A program made the translations under genes and the position numbers. The notes below the pieces were generated by a model. It ran no database searches, was not told the DNA's origin, and saw nothing but the letters and a program-made list of their open reading frames with translations. Source: Candidatus Altiarchaeota archaeon (GTDB lineage: Archaea; Altiarchaeota; Altiarchaeia; IMC4; QMZM01). Taken from it: a stretch of DNA of 64,000 nucleotides. Positions 29,285-38,309 of the stretch are shown here, piece after piece. The stretch is taken from NCBI GenBank assembly GCA_038891095.1, contig JAWAEV010000002.1:53042-117041 (forward strand), read 5' to 3'. Each line of letters begins with the position of its first letter. The stretch's first letter is position 1.

Positions 29285-29692
29285 TTATTTTATTGGGACA
29301 AACAAGGATGAGCGTGTTGCGCCAACACCTGGAGCGGAATGTTTAACAGGTTTAACTGTTATTGAAAATTCTCCAAGATAGTGACCTAACATTTCTGGAA
29401 GAACTTCAACAATAACAAATTCTTTACCATTATAAACTCTGAACTTCATACCAACCATCTCTGGTAAAATTGGCATATCTCTACAATGGGTTTTTATAAT
29501 TTTTGCCGTTCCTCCTTGATCCAAAATTTTTCTATTCTTCTTTATCTCCTCAAGTAATTTTTTTTGTTGCTCTGTAAAACCCCTCCTTAGAGATCTTCTT
29601 ATTCTTGATGGCATTACCTTTGCTAACTCTTCTAATGACATCTTCTTTAGTTCATCAAGTTTATAACCTCTATATTCAAATATCCTTGCCAT
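29285..29692 (-). CDS. rps19: 30S ribosomal protein S19
   Basis: 'KTHCRDM', 'GHYLGEF', 'GATRSS'. Confidence 0.96.
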   Translation of the reverse strand: MARIFEYRGYKLDELKKMSLEELAKVMPSRIRRSLRRGFTEQQKKLLEEIKKNRKILDQGGTAKIIKTHCRDMPILPEMVGMKFRVYNGKEFVIVEVLPEMLGHYLGEFSITVKPVKHSAPGVGATRSSLFVPIK

Positions 29693-29694
29693 TT

Positions 29695-30426
29695 TTACTT
29701 CTTCTTCTTACCTGTTCTTTTTGGAGCTAAATGTCCAACTTTTCTTCCAGGAGGAGTGTCTCTTGAAACTGATGTTGGTCTACCAACATGTTTATGACCG
29801 CCACCACCATGTGGATGATCAACTGGATTTTTTGCAACTCCTCTAACCATTGGAAAAACTTTATTTATTGCTTTATATTTATAAAATGTTTCACCCGCTT
29901 TAACAAATGGTTTTTCTATTCTGCCACCTCCAGCAACTTTACCAATTGTTGCTCTTGAATTGCTATTTATTTTAACTGTTTTCTTTGATGGAAAAACAAC
30001 ATATGTTACATTTTGCTTTACATCATGCGATATAACCTGCGCAGATGTACCACTTGCACGAACAAATTTACCATTATCTCCCGGCAATTTTTCAATATTG
30101 TAGATGAAAGTGCCTTCAGGAATTTTCCTTAAAGGCAAGACATTGCCTTCCTTAATTTCAGCATCACTACCAATTTCAATCCATTGACCTTTTTTCATTC
30201 CTTCTGGAGCAATTAAAAAAATTTCATTAAAATCTTCAAGTAAAACTTTTGCTATAGGTGCAGATCTTATTGGATCATGAAGAATTTCTAAGACTTGGCC
30301 ACCTATTTTACCTTCATTTGTTATTTTAATGTCAGGATAACTTATTAGTCCTTTAGCTTTATGTGTTACTGCTCTATACCTTGGGCCTCCACGCCCACGT
30401 CTTTGTTGTCTTAGTCTCTTCCCCAT
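29695..30426 (-). CDS. rpl2: 50S ribosomal protein L2
   Basis: 'HDPIRSAP', '[16 protein letters not shown]'. Confidence 0.97.
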   Translation of the reverse strand: MGKRLRQQRRGRGGPRYRAVTHKAKGLISYPDIKITNEGKIGGQVLEILHDPIRSAPIAKVLLEDFNEIFLIAPEGMKKGQWIEIGSDAEIKEGNVLPLRKIPEGTFIYNIEKLPGDNGKFVRASGTSAQVISHDVKQNVTYVVFPSKKTVKINSNSRATIGKVAGGGRIEKPFVKAGETFYKYKAINKVFPMVRGVAKNPVDHPHGGGGHKHVGRPTSVSRDTPPGRKVGHLAPKRTGKKKK

Positions 30427-30427
30427 T

Positions 30428-30688
30428 TTAAATCACACCAAATTTCGATGCTATCTCCTCTGCTGAAAATTCTTTTGATAGTTTAACATGTGCTTTTTTT
30501 TCACCATTTGGACTTATGATAATATTTACTTTCAGAACTTTAACATTATAAAGTTTTTCAACAGCTTCTTTAACCTCTTTTCTTGTTGCTTTTTTGTTTA
30601 TTACAAAAGTTAATTTATTTTCCCTTTCTCTTAGAGTTGTTGCTTTTTCTCCCATCAATGGATAAAGTAAAATTTCGTCTGGTTGCAT
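30428..30688 (-). CDS. rpl23: 50S ribosomal protein L23
   Basis: 'ENKLTF', 'KKAHVKL', operon position. Confidence 0.94.
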   Translation of the reverse strand: MQPDEILLYPLMGEKATTLRERENKLTFVINKKATRKEVKEAVEKLYNVKVLKVNIIISPNGEKKAHVKLSKEFSAEEIASKFGVI

Positions 30689-30694
30689 TTTAAA

Positions 30695-31504
30695 TTATTT
30701 TTCCTCTTTTTTAAATAGATCTTCAACTCTTTCAATAGCACTTTTTGTCCATAAGCTTAACCTCCCAGCATGAGTTCCTGGTGCTAATAGCTCAATATTA
30801 AGATCATCAACTTTTATGGCATCTATACCTGGAATATTTTTACTACTTTTCAAAACATTTGAATCTGAACTTACAACTAAAAGTAATGACTTTTTCCTTT
30901 TATATCTCCTACCACGCATTTTTCCTTTACCAGATCTAACTTTTCTTTTTTCTGCTCTTAGCAATTCTTCCCCTAAGTTGATGGAGTTCAAAAATTTTAA
31001 GACATCTTTTGTTTTTGCTATTTTCTCAAAAGAATCTTCAACAACAATTGGTAGATCTTTCAATTTTGAAATTTTATGACCTCGCTTCTCAGCTAACTCT
31101 TTATTTGCGAGAGCAGCAATTGCAGATTTTAAAGCAAGAGTATATTCTTTTTTGTTTATCTTTTTTTCATAAATTTTCTCAACTTTTGGCGGATGAGCTT
31201 TCCTTCCTTTAACAGATTGTGGCACTCTCCTTACCTTACCTAAACCTCCACCACCTGTCTTTTCTCTTGGTAATCTTGAAATTCCTCTATTTATTGTAGT
31301 TCTATAGACTTTTCTTCTTCTTCCAAAATATGCAGCTGATGTTCTCATTCCAGCTTCCTCTGAAGTTGCATACTTTTGCCTTTTCTTAGACTGAAATGCA
31401 ACAACTGCTCTTTGAATTAAATCTGGTCTATACCCTGTACTAAAAATATTCGGCAACTTAATTTCCTCCTTTATCTTACCATCTATTGAATAAACCGCAA
31501 CCAC
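30695..31504 (-). CDS. rpl4: 50S ribosomal protein L4
   Basis: 'RPDLIQRA', 'GRKAHPPK', 'GKGKMRGRRY', 'LAPGTHAGRL'. Confidence 0.96.
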   Translation of the reverse strand: MVAVYSIDGKIKEEIKLPNIFSTGYRPDLIQRAVVAFQSKKRQKYATSEEAGMRTSAAYFGRRRKVYRTTINRGISRLPREKTGGGGLGKVRRVPQSVKGRKAHPPKVEKIYEKKINKKEYTLALKSAIAALANKELAEKRGHKISKLKDLPIVVEDSFEKIAKTKDVLKFLNSINLGEELLRAEKRKVRSGKGKMRGRRYKRKKSLLLVVSSDSNVLKSSKNIPGIDAIKVDDLNIELLAPGTHAGRLSLWTKSAIERVEDLFKKEEK

Positions 31505-31505
31505 T

Positions 31506-32474
31506 TTATTGCTTTGAATCTAAATTTATTTCAAGTATATCAAAATTAGCAAAGTCTTTTTCTTGAGGTCTTCTAGGAAGTGTTAACCTTACTAATCTTT
31601 TAGCTGGACCAGGGGCAGTGCCTTTTAGCAAAACATACTCATTCTTTATGACTCCATATCTAAGAAAGCCACCTTTTGGATTTACATCATCTGGGTTATC
31701 CCCTATTTTTAATAAAATTTTGTTGTATTCTGTTCTTGTGTGATAACCTAATTTTCCTGGTAATGGTTCTCTCCATAACTTTCTATGTGGTGTCCATGCT
31801 CCTCCAGTGCCTAAATGTCTTATTCCTTTTCCTGATTTTCTTGGCAATATTATTGTACCATGCCTTTTTACAACCCCTTGAAATCCTTTACCTTTTGTCA
31901 CAGCAGTTACATCAACAAAAGATTTTTCATTGAAAATCTCCCTTATGGAAATTTCTTTCCCAAGTTTTTCTTTTGCATAATTAAATTTATCTTTTATGCT
32001 GCCACCAATTGCAATTTCCATAATGTCTGGTTTTTTCTTTCCAATAGAAGTCAGTTTTGGTTGTGTATGTGCTATTAAAGTTATATCTGAAATTTTATCA
32101 ATTGAGTTTTCCATTTCCCTTAACTTCTTTTCAATTTTCTCGTTTGAAATTTTTTTGTTACCCTGAAAAGCAAATACATCAGTTAATGTTTCCTTACCGT
32201 TATAACCATCATAATATGCTCTAATTCCTGCAATTAACATTGGCGGAGTTTCTAAAACCGTCACAGCACTAAAAACATTTAGGCCAGAGGTTGTTGAGCG
32301 TTTTCTATTGTCTTTTAACATTACATGTGTCATACCTGCTTTATAGCCTGCAAAGCCTAATGGTTTTACATCATTTGTTTTTTGCCACTTCCTAATTCTA
32401 GGTGTCTCTTTTTTTGCTCTCTTTCTTGGCTTAAATTGTAATGAGCCAGCCCTCGGTTTAGTTCTTTTCCCCAT
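31506..32474 (-). CDS. rpl3: 50S ribosomal protein L3
   Basis: 'GFAGYKAGMTH', 'VTKGKGFQGVVKR', 'GYHTRTEYNK'. Confidence 0.97.
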   Translation of the reverse strand: MGKRTKPRAGSLQFKPRKRAKKETPRIRKWQKTNDVKPLGFAGYKAGMTHVMLKDNRKRSTTSGLNVFSAVTVLETPPMLIAGIRAYYDGYNGKETLTDVFAFQGNKKISNEKIEKKLREMENSIDKISDITLIAHTQPKLTSIGKKKPDIMEIAIGGSIKDKFNYAKEKLGKEISIREIFNEKSFVDVTAVTKGKGFQGVVKRHGTIILPRKSGKGIRHLGTGGAWTPHRKLWREPLPGKLGYHTRTEYNKILLKIGDNPDDVNPKGGFLRYGVIKNEYVLLKGTAPGPAKRLVRLTLPRRPQEKDFANFDILEINLDSKQ

Positions 32475-32557
32475 TTTTCAAATTATATGAAATAGAAATT
32501 GAGAATTTAGATATAAAAATTATATATAGCGTTTAAATTCGTATCTAATAAAAATTT

Positions 32558-33122
32558 TCACTTAATGCTTTTAGATTTCATAGCATATTCCAATATTATA
32601 TTCTTTGTTGTGTAAGGATCTTCAATACCAAGAAACGAAATTTCAGATTCTTCAGCTCTAGAACACGATGTCTGAATATGTAATTCATAAATTCCAAGTA
32701 ATCTTTCTAAAAATTTCTGCGAGATTTTTACATCTGTAATCTGCGAAAATGGGATTTCCTTAGATATTTTTGTGAAGACCCTCTAATAAGCTCAACCCCC
32801 TACAGTTATAACATATGCATAAAAGTTTTTAGGAACGTGTTTTATATCGCCAAAATAACTAAAGGTATAGGCAGTTTCCTCCCAAGAGTGCTCCTTCCCA
32901 GAATATATGTGGTTTTTCATTAGCAATAAATACTGAATAAAAGTAAATAATGAATAGAGATAGTATGATAACCAGAAGAATAATTGTGAAAGGCAAAGGA
33001 GCATTCTTTATAGCCTCAATGTCACGCCTGCTATATGCTCTATAATCAAAACGTAAAAAAGAGTAATATAAAACAAACCTATTCGAAGGTTTTTTAAACC
33101 ATAAAATTTTTTTCTGATCCAT
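32558..33122 (-). pseudogene. Disrupted membrane-anchored bacterial-PH (bPH_2/DUF304) domain gene
   Basis: N-terminal TM fragment (32859-33122), then frameshifts and stops (TGA at 32792 and TAG downstream), then 'KEIPFSQITDVKISQKFLERLLGIYELHIQTS...EISFLGIEDP', typical of bPH_2. Confidence 0.7.
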
Positions 33123-33159
33123 TTTTTATAAAAACTATTTTATTGTTTGAAGCCTAATA

Positions 33160-33509
33160 GTCTACATGATTATATTTTCAGGTGTATCAACATCTTTTAA
33201 ACCAACGAAAGAAATTTCTACAAAAGATGTACCTGCAGTTTGAATGTGCAGAGTACTAATATCAACATTCTCTCAAATATGCCTTGGGATTTTGTAACAT
33301 CAGTGATTTTATTATGAAGAATGGTTTTAAATTTTTTTAAATATCCCACATCCACACCTTCATAATTAACTGTTTGGTATATAATTGAATATTTGTAGGT
33401 TTTTCTTGGTAGGATAGATATACTAAATGAAGAGATAAAGCACACTCATTCTTATTATCAAATATGGAAGATACTGGAAAAAACCCTTATTGATTTTTGT
33501 AAGATTCAT
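33160..33509 (-). pseudogene. Second disrupted bPH_2-domain gene
   Basis: 'KITDVTKSQGIFERML' continues after a frameshift as 'ISTLHIQTAGTSFVEISFVGLKD'. The 5' part is interrupted by stops. Boundaries approximate. Confidence 0.62.
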
Positions 33510-33633
33510 AGTATAAATACAGAACAAAACAACAACTCTAGCAGTTCTCATGTCATAAAATCTTATCATTTATCATAGTCAATTACTATCATTACTATCA
33601 TTAGTTGTTTTGAGTGTAAATAATTCAGAATTA

Positions 33634-34392
33634 TTAAAAAAGCAATGAAGGTAAAATAGTATTTCTTAATCCTGGCCCTATCCCAAGGATAAATATCAAT
33701 AGTTTGATTACTTTTTGTTTTTCTTTTTTTTCATATTTCTCAAGGAAATACAAAAACAAAAGTACTAACAGCAGCTTTATCGGTATCATTATCCCAGCAT
33801 TATTTCCTGCCAATGTTATAAAATATTGCGTAAGAATATGCTCCTCGCCAAAACCAAAAAAATTGTAAGCAATGAAAGTTGAGCTAGCATCCAATAAATG
33901 TGCAAACACAACTGATAGGTTTTCAATTTTTTGGTAAATTTTTATCTTTGCTATATAAGATATGAAAAAAATAAGAAAGGTAATTGAAAAAGTTAGCAGT
34001 AGAGGATGTAGCATTCTTTCGGGAAATTTAAAATACGGTAAAAGTAGAAAAAGCAAATATACAGAGAAAATTGATCCGACAATGAAAGGCAGAAACCAAT
34101 ACTCAACTCTTATGAGTTCTTCAATTTTTCTACCAAAAATTATCGAAATGACAGCAATGGTAAATGCAAGAATATAAACTCCTGGAGTGATGCTCCATAG
34201 TTTGCTCATCTGAAAAAAAGAAATGTCTGCTAAAACTCTTACAAAAACTCCGAAAAAAATAAAAGGCAGAATTGCCAAAAGAAATTTTTTATCAATATTT
34301 ATTTTTGGGAGAATAAATTTAATGAAAAACCAGTAAACTACAATGAGAATTAAAATATACAGAAAGTAATCTGCAACGGCGTATGTCCCCAT
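33634..34392 (-). CDS. DUF63 family archaeal membrane protein
   Basis: 'RVLAD', 'ITPGVY', 'AHLLDASST', 'EEHIL', 'LGIGPGLRN'. Confidence 0.85.
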   Translation of the reverse strand: MGTYAVADYFLYILILIVVYWFFIKFILPKINIDKKFLLAILPFIFFGVFVRVLADISFFQMSKLWSITPGVYILAFTIAVISIIFGRKIEELIRVEYWFLPFIVGSIFSVYLLFLLLPYFKFPERMLHPLLLTFSITFLIFFISYIAKIKIYQKIENLSVVFAHLLDASSTFIAYNFFGFGEEHILTQYFITLAGNNAGIMIPIKLLLVLLFLYFLEKYEKKEKQKVIKLLIFILGIGPGLRNTILPSLLF

Positions 34393-34393
34393 T

Positions 34394-36034
34394 TTATTCA
34401 ACACTTGAAACTAAGAATTCAAGTCTATCAGAGAAGGTGCTATAGCGAACTCTCCCTATAAGAGAAATTTCTGTATTTAAAATTTCATCTTTCAATTTTC
34501 TTATTGGTGCTAACTCATCTTTAGCTTCACCAATAATATTCATCACATCCTCAATATCAACTCCAAGAATTTTTTCAGCTTGTTCTCTAAATGAAACTGC
34601 CCTTATGCTTCCCGTGTCATCTTCAATAGTAAAAGAAAGAATTAAATTTGGTTGAGGTTCAACATCTTCTTGGCAAATATCGCAGTACCATCCTAAGCCA
34701 AGGTTTTGAATTTTTCTATTGCAATTTGGGCATGTCATATATGTTAGCTTTTTATCTGTGTGAATATCAACAATTCTACCTTTAATTTTCACATATCTAT
34801 CTCCCGCGTTGAGATCAGCAATATTCTTTTCCTTTATCAGAATTTTTTCAATTTCCTCAATTTTTGGTAAAGTTATATCTGCTATTACTGAAACATCTGA
34901 AAATTTTCCAACATGAATTTCTGGCTCGTTGTTTAGGTTAGCTCTTGAATATACATTCTCGAATTTCAATGCATCTCCTTTTTTCAATTCATCAACTATA
35001 TTTGATTTCTCATCCCATAGAACTGCTCTTATTGAGCCAGTTGTATCAGCAACTATTAGCGAAGCAAAATTTCCATTAGCATAAGGTCTTTTTTGAAATA
35101 TATTCAAAACTCGTGCAAAAGTTGTAAAATTTACTAAGTTAGGAGCTATCTCATTTATTTTTAAAATTCTTTCCTTTTCATCTGGCAATTCAGGAAGATT
35201 TAGCCTATCTTCTGTCTTAAAAATTCTCCCAAGATTTCCAACATGTAGTTCAACTTCTTGATTTAAACCTTCCTTAGAATAAGCATTCTCTATCTTAACA
35301 ATATCCCCTCTTTTAATTTCTGTTTTTGCATTTTCTCCCCAAAGAACAACTCTTATACTGCCTGTTTCATCCTCAGCAATAAAAGAAGCTCTTAGTCCAG
35401 AGGAGCCGTCCTCTCTGCTAAACTCTGTTGGTTCTCTATAAGATGAAACTCTACAAATGACATTTATATTTTGTTCATCTATTTTTATATCACTAATCTT
35501 TTTAATTTCTTCTATTAGTTTAGGAATCTCAAAATCTATCTTTGGATTTATTGTAAAATGTGTTAGTGAAGTAGCATGTAATTCAAGATTTCCAGATAAA
35601 TTTGTCTTGCAGTTAACATTTCTTATCATCAAAGTATCCCCCTTTTTGACTTTATTTATTAGCTCAGAAGCCTCATTCCATAGCACAAGTCTACATTGTC
35701 CAGAATCATCCATTAAAAGAATAGATGAAAATTTTCCAGAAGTGCCATCCTTTCTTTTAAATTCTTTTTTAGGATATATTGCAGCTATTCTTGCAACCAC
35801 ATTGCATAACTTATCTGGAGAGATTTCAGAAATTTTTGAGCATTTCAAATCTTTATCATCTTCAATAGGAACACTAAATTCCTTTGCAATTGCATACAAA
35901 GCGCCATAATCTGAAAGTAATCCATGTGTTGCTTCTTTTCTCTTTTCAATCATCTGCTGAATTTCTGATTCCGTTTTGCCAGATGCCTTTGAAATTTTCT
36001 TTATTAGCTTGGAGATTTCTGAATTTGTTGCCAT
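34394..36034 (-). CDS. rpa: Replication protein A (multiple OB folds plus Zn finger)
   Basis: Repeated 'DxTGSIRxVLW' OB folds, 'CPNCNRK...CDIC'. Confidence 0.92.
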   Translation of the reverse strand: MATNSEISKLIKKISKASGKTESEIQQMIEKRKEATHGLLSDYGALYAIAKEFSVPIEDDKDLKCSKISEISPDKLCNVVARIAAIYPKKEFKRKDGTSGKFSSILLMDDSGQCRLVLWNEASELINKVKKGDTLMIRNVNCKTNLSGNLELHATSLTHFTINPKIDFEIPKLIEEIKKISDIKIDEQNINVICRVSSYREPTEFSREDGSSGLRASFIAEDETGSIRVVLWGENAKTEIKRGDIVKIENAYSKEGLNQEVELHVGNLGRIFKTEDRLNLPELPDEKERILKINEIAPNLVNFTTFARVLNIFQKRPYANGNFASLIVADTTGSIRAVLWDEKSNIVDELKKGDALKFENVYSRANLNNEPEIHVGKFSDVSVIADITLPKIEEIEKILIKEKNIADLNAGDRYVKIKGRIVDIHTDKKLTYMTCPNCNRKIQNLGLGWYCDICQEDVEPQPNLILSFTIEDDTGSIRAVSFREQAEKILGVDIEDVMNIIGEAKDELAPIRKLKDEILNTEISLIGRVRYSTFSDRLEFLVSSVE

Positions 36035-36108
36035 AAAAGTAAAAAAACAACAGTAATAATAGAGAAATAAAATTAAAAAATAAAAGAAAAAAAGAGAAAA
36101 AAGATAAG

Positions 36109-37578
36109 TTATTCAGATTTTGTCTCCTTCTTCTTTTTCTCAGGTACTACTTCTTTCTTTTTTGTCACTAAATAAACAACTGCCACTATGATAATTACCA
36201 GCACAACAATTATCAACCAAGTTGTATCCATTCCTCTTGGCTGAGCTTGTGGCAAGGTTGTTACTGGCGTTGGAGTTGTTGTTATTTGGACAGGAGTTGT
36301 TGTTTTGACTTCTTCCTTAGTTGTTGTTACTATCTTTGTTGTTTCGATAGGAGTTGTTACTTCTAATTCTTCTTCTGGAGTTGTTGGAATTGGTGGCAAT
36401 GTTGTTGTCACAACTATTGTTGGAACAGTTGTTGTTACTGCCCCAGTAGCAACTGTTATACTAAGAATTTCTTGTCTATATCTTGTTTTATCAACTTCAA
36501 CAGTATAGCTTCCAGGTTTTGTTGGACAAAACTCAAATGTTCCATCTGAGCCTGTTAATCCATAGAACATCTTTATTCCGTTAAGATAGACATCAACATC
36601 TGCTTCTTTCACAGGATCACCAGTTGTCTTATCTTTCACTAAGAGTTTTATGCATTCACCTGCTGATGGTCTTTCAGGTGTGTATGAAAGAGAGAAATAC
36701 TTCCTCCTTATATAAGTTGTTGGTGTTACTGATGAACTAACTGTTATTTTCATATAAAATACATTGCTTGAGGTGTTACCTGAACTAACTGTTATATTAC
36801 AATAATAATCCCCATATGGAAGATCTGTAAATGTTTTATTCACTGTTATTGCAAAACCTCCTCCTCCTAATGTGCTATCACCTCTATGAGTACCTTGTAG
36901 AACTGAAATATTATCTTCACTTAAACTTACAGTAAAGTTGCATGTTGCAGGTGTTAGCTCTATATTATACACATCATGGTAACCCGTGTTGTTAACATAT
37001 AATGTAAAAACACCTGAGCCATTAACTAAGTCATAATCTGAGGTGAATGTCTCTGTATGTGGTGCTGAGTATGTTGTTTCTGGATATAAAGTTAGTCTAA
37101 GACAAGGGATACAATAACTCCCACCACAATCAACCATCTCTTCATCTCTATTCTTAACACCATCTGTACATGAAGGTGTTGTGTTGATATCAACATTTCC
37201 TTTAATAACTGGTTGGCCTCCATAAACTGCTGTAATTGTCTCACTTCCCGGAGCAGGTGTGTAAGCAACAACACCATTTAACTTAAAAGTTAAATTCTCT
37301 CCGTTTACTGCTTTATTATCTGATGGATTTGTCTCATTTGTTACGATAATAGTTAATGAATAATTACCAGCCCCCCCAGAAATATTCCAATCAGCAAGAA
37401 ATTCACCTGAGCCACTATAAACTTCAACATGTGTTCCATCTGGTGCAGAAACACCACCAATATAAGCAAAGCCATAATAAACTTGTGTGTTCTCTTGTGC
37501 ATTTACGAGGCTTACTCCAAATATCAACATTAAAAAAACAAATCCAAAAACCCAAAAATTCCTTTTTATGCTTTCCAT
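36109..37578 (-). CDS. Secreted, C-terminally anchored cell-surface glycoprotein
   Basis: Signal peptide, many N-x-S/T sequons, Cys motif 'CTDGVKNRDEEMVDCGGSYCIPC', Ig-like segments, Thr/Pro-rich linker, TM helix and Lys-rich tail. GGAGG SD upstream. Confidence 0.8.
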   Translation of the reverse strand: MESIKRNFWVFGFVFLMLIFGVSLVNAQENTQVYYGFAYIGGVSAPDGTHVEVYSGSGEFLADWNISGGAGNYSLTIIVTNETNPSDNKAVNGENLTFKLNGVVAYTPAPGSETITAVYGGQPVIKGNVDINTTPSCTDGVKNRDEEMVDCGGSYCIPCLRLTLYPETTYSAPHTETFTSDYDLVNGSGVFTLYVNNTGYHDVYNIELTPATCNFTVSLSEDNISVLQGTHRGDSTLGGGGFAITVNKTFTDLPYGDYYCNITVSSGNTSSNVFYMKITVSSSVTPTTYIRRKYFSLSYTPERPSAGECIKLLVKDKTTGDPVKEADVDVYLNGIKMFYGLTGSDGTFEFCPTKPGSYTVEVDKTRYRQEILSITVATGAVTTTVPTIVVTTTLPPIPTTPEEELEVTTPIETTKIVTTTKEEVKTTTPVQITTTPTPVTTLPQAQPRGMDTTWLIIVVLVIIIVAVVYLVTKKKEVVPEKKKKETKSE

Positions 37579-37646
37579 TTTTATCCTCCTTATTTATTTT
37601 TATTATTTTATTTCTTTGTTTTTTGTATTTAAATACTTTTTGTTTT

Positions 37647-38183
37647 TTAGATGGTTAAATTGACCCCACCGGTTTTATTAACATAAATCCAGTAACCATA
37701 ACCTGGAGTTAAATTTTTCAAAGTTGAAACTCCTGGGGCATCTACAGCATAAAATTTCCAGCCACCATTAATATAACCTAAAACATATCTGTAATTTCCT
37801 GAAATATTACTAAGGGCCGTTGCAACATCTATAGTTGTAATTGATGGATATCCTATTAAATTCCAACCCTCTCTAAGATGCCATGTTGTGTTTGTTAGTA
37901 GAGTTCCATTAATAGTCAAATTTACCCCACCTGTTTTATTCACATAAATCCAATAACCATAAATTGGGCTCATATTTTTCAAAGTTGAAACTCCTGGGGC
38001 ATCTGCAGCATAAAATTTCCAGCTACCATCAATATAACCTAAAACATATCTATAGTTTCCTGAAATACTTGATAGAACCGTCTCTATGGGATAACTTCCA
38101 ACACTACCATTTAAAGAACTTACAAAAATTACTCCCCAAATCAAAGCAAGCACAGAGATCACAACAAAAATTCCTTTTTTCAT
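37647..38183 (-). CDS. Secreted/surface protein with two internal repeats (GWNLIG...GYWI type)
   Basis: Signal peptide, two near-identical ~59-aa units, GAGGTGA SD upstream. Confidence 0.75.
   Translation of the reverse strand: MKKGIFVVISVLALIWGVIFVSSLNGSVGSYPIETVLSSISGNYRYVLGYIDGSWKFYAADAPGVSTLKNMSPIYGYWIYVNKTGGVNLTINGTLLTNTTWHLREGWNLIGYPSITTIDVATALSNISGNYRYVLGYINGGWKFYAVDAPGVSTLKNLTPGYGYWIYVNKTGGVNLTI
37650..38070. repeat. Intragenic direct repeat, two ~160-bp copies offset by 261 bp
   Basis: For example, TCAAAGTTGAAACTCCTGGGGCATCT and TATAACCTAAAACATATCT occur in both copies (about 37650-37810 and 37911-38070). Confidence 0.88.
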
Positions 38184-38309
38184 TTTTTATTCGTCACCTC
38201 ACTTTTTTATGTTAATTATTTTTTTCTTTTATTTAAAAATAAAAATTATGTAAATATTATAATACTTTATATATAAAAACCCAACCATTAAATTTATTTT
38301 GCTTTTTCT

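Noticed and set aside
32780-32795. In-frame TGA/TAG as possible Sec/Pyl recoding
   Set aside because: These stops come with frameshifts in a decayed gene, no SECIS is visible, and TGA/TAG serve as normal stops elsewhere in the window.
36240-36460. GTTGTT-type repeats as a possible CRISPR or tandem array
   Set aside because: They are codons of the Thr/Pro-rich linker, with no constant repeat-spacer structure.
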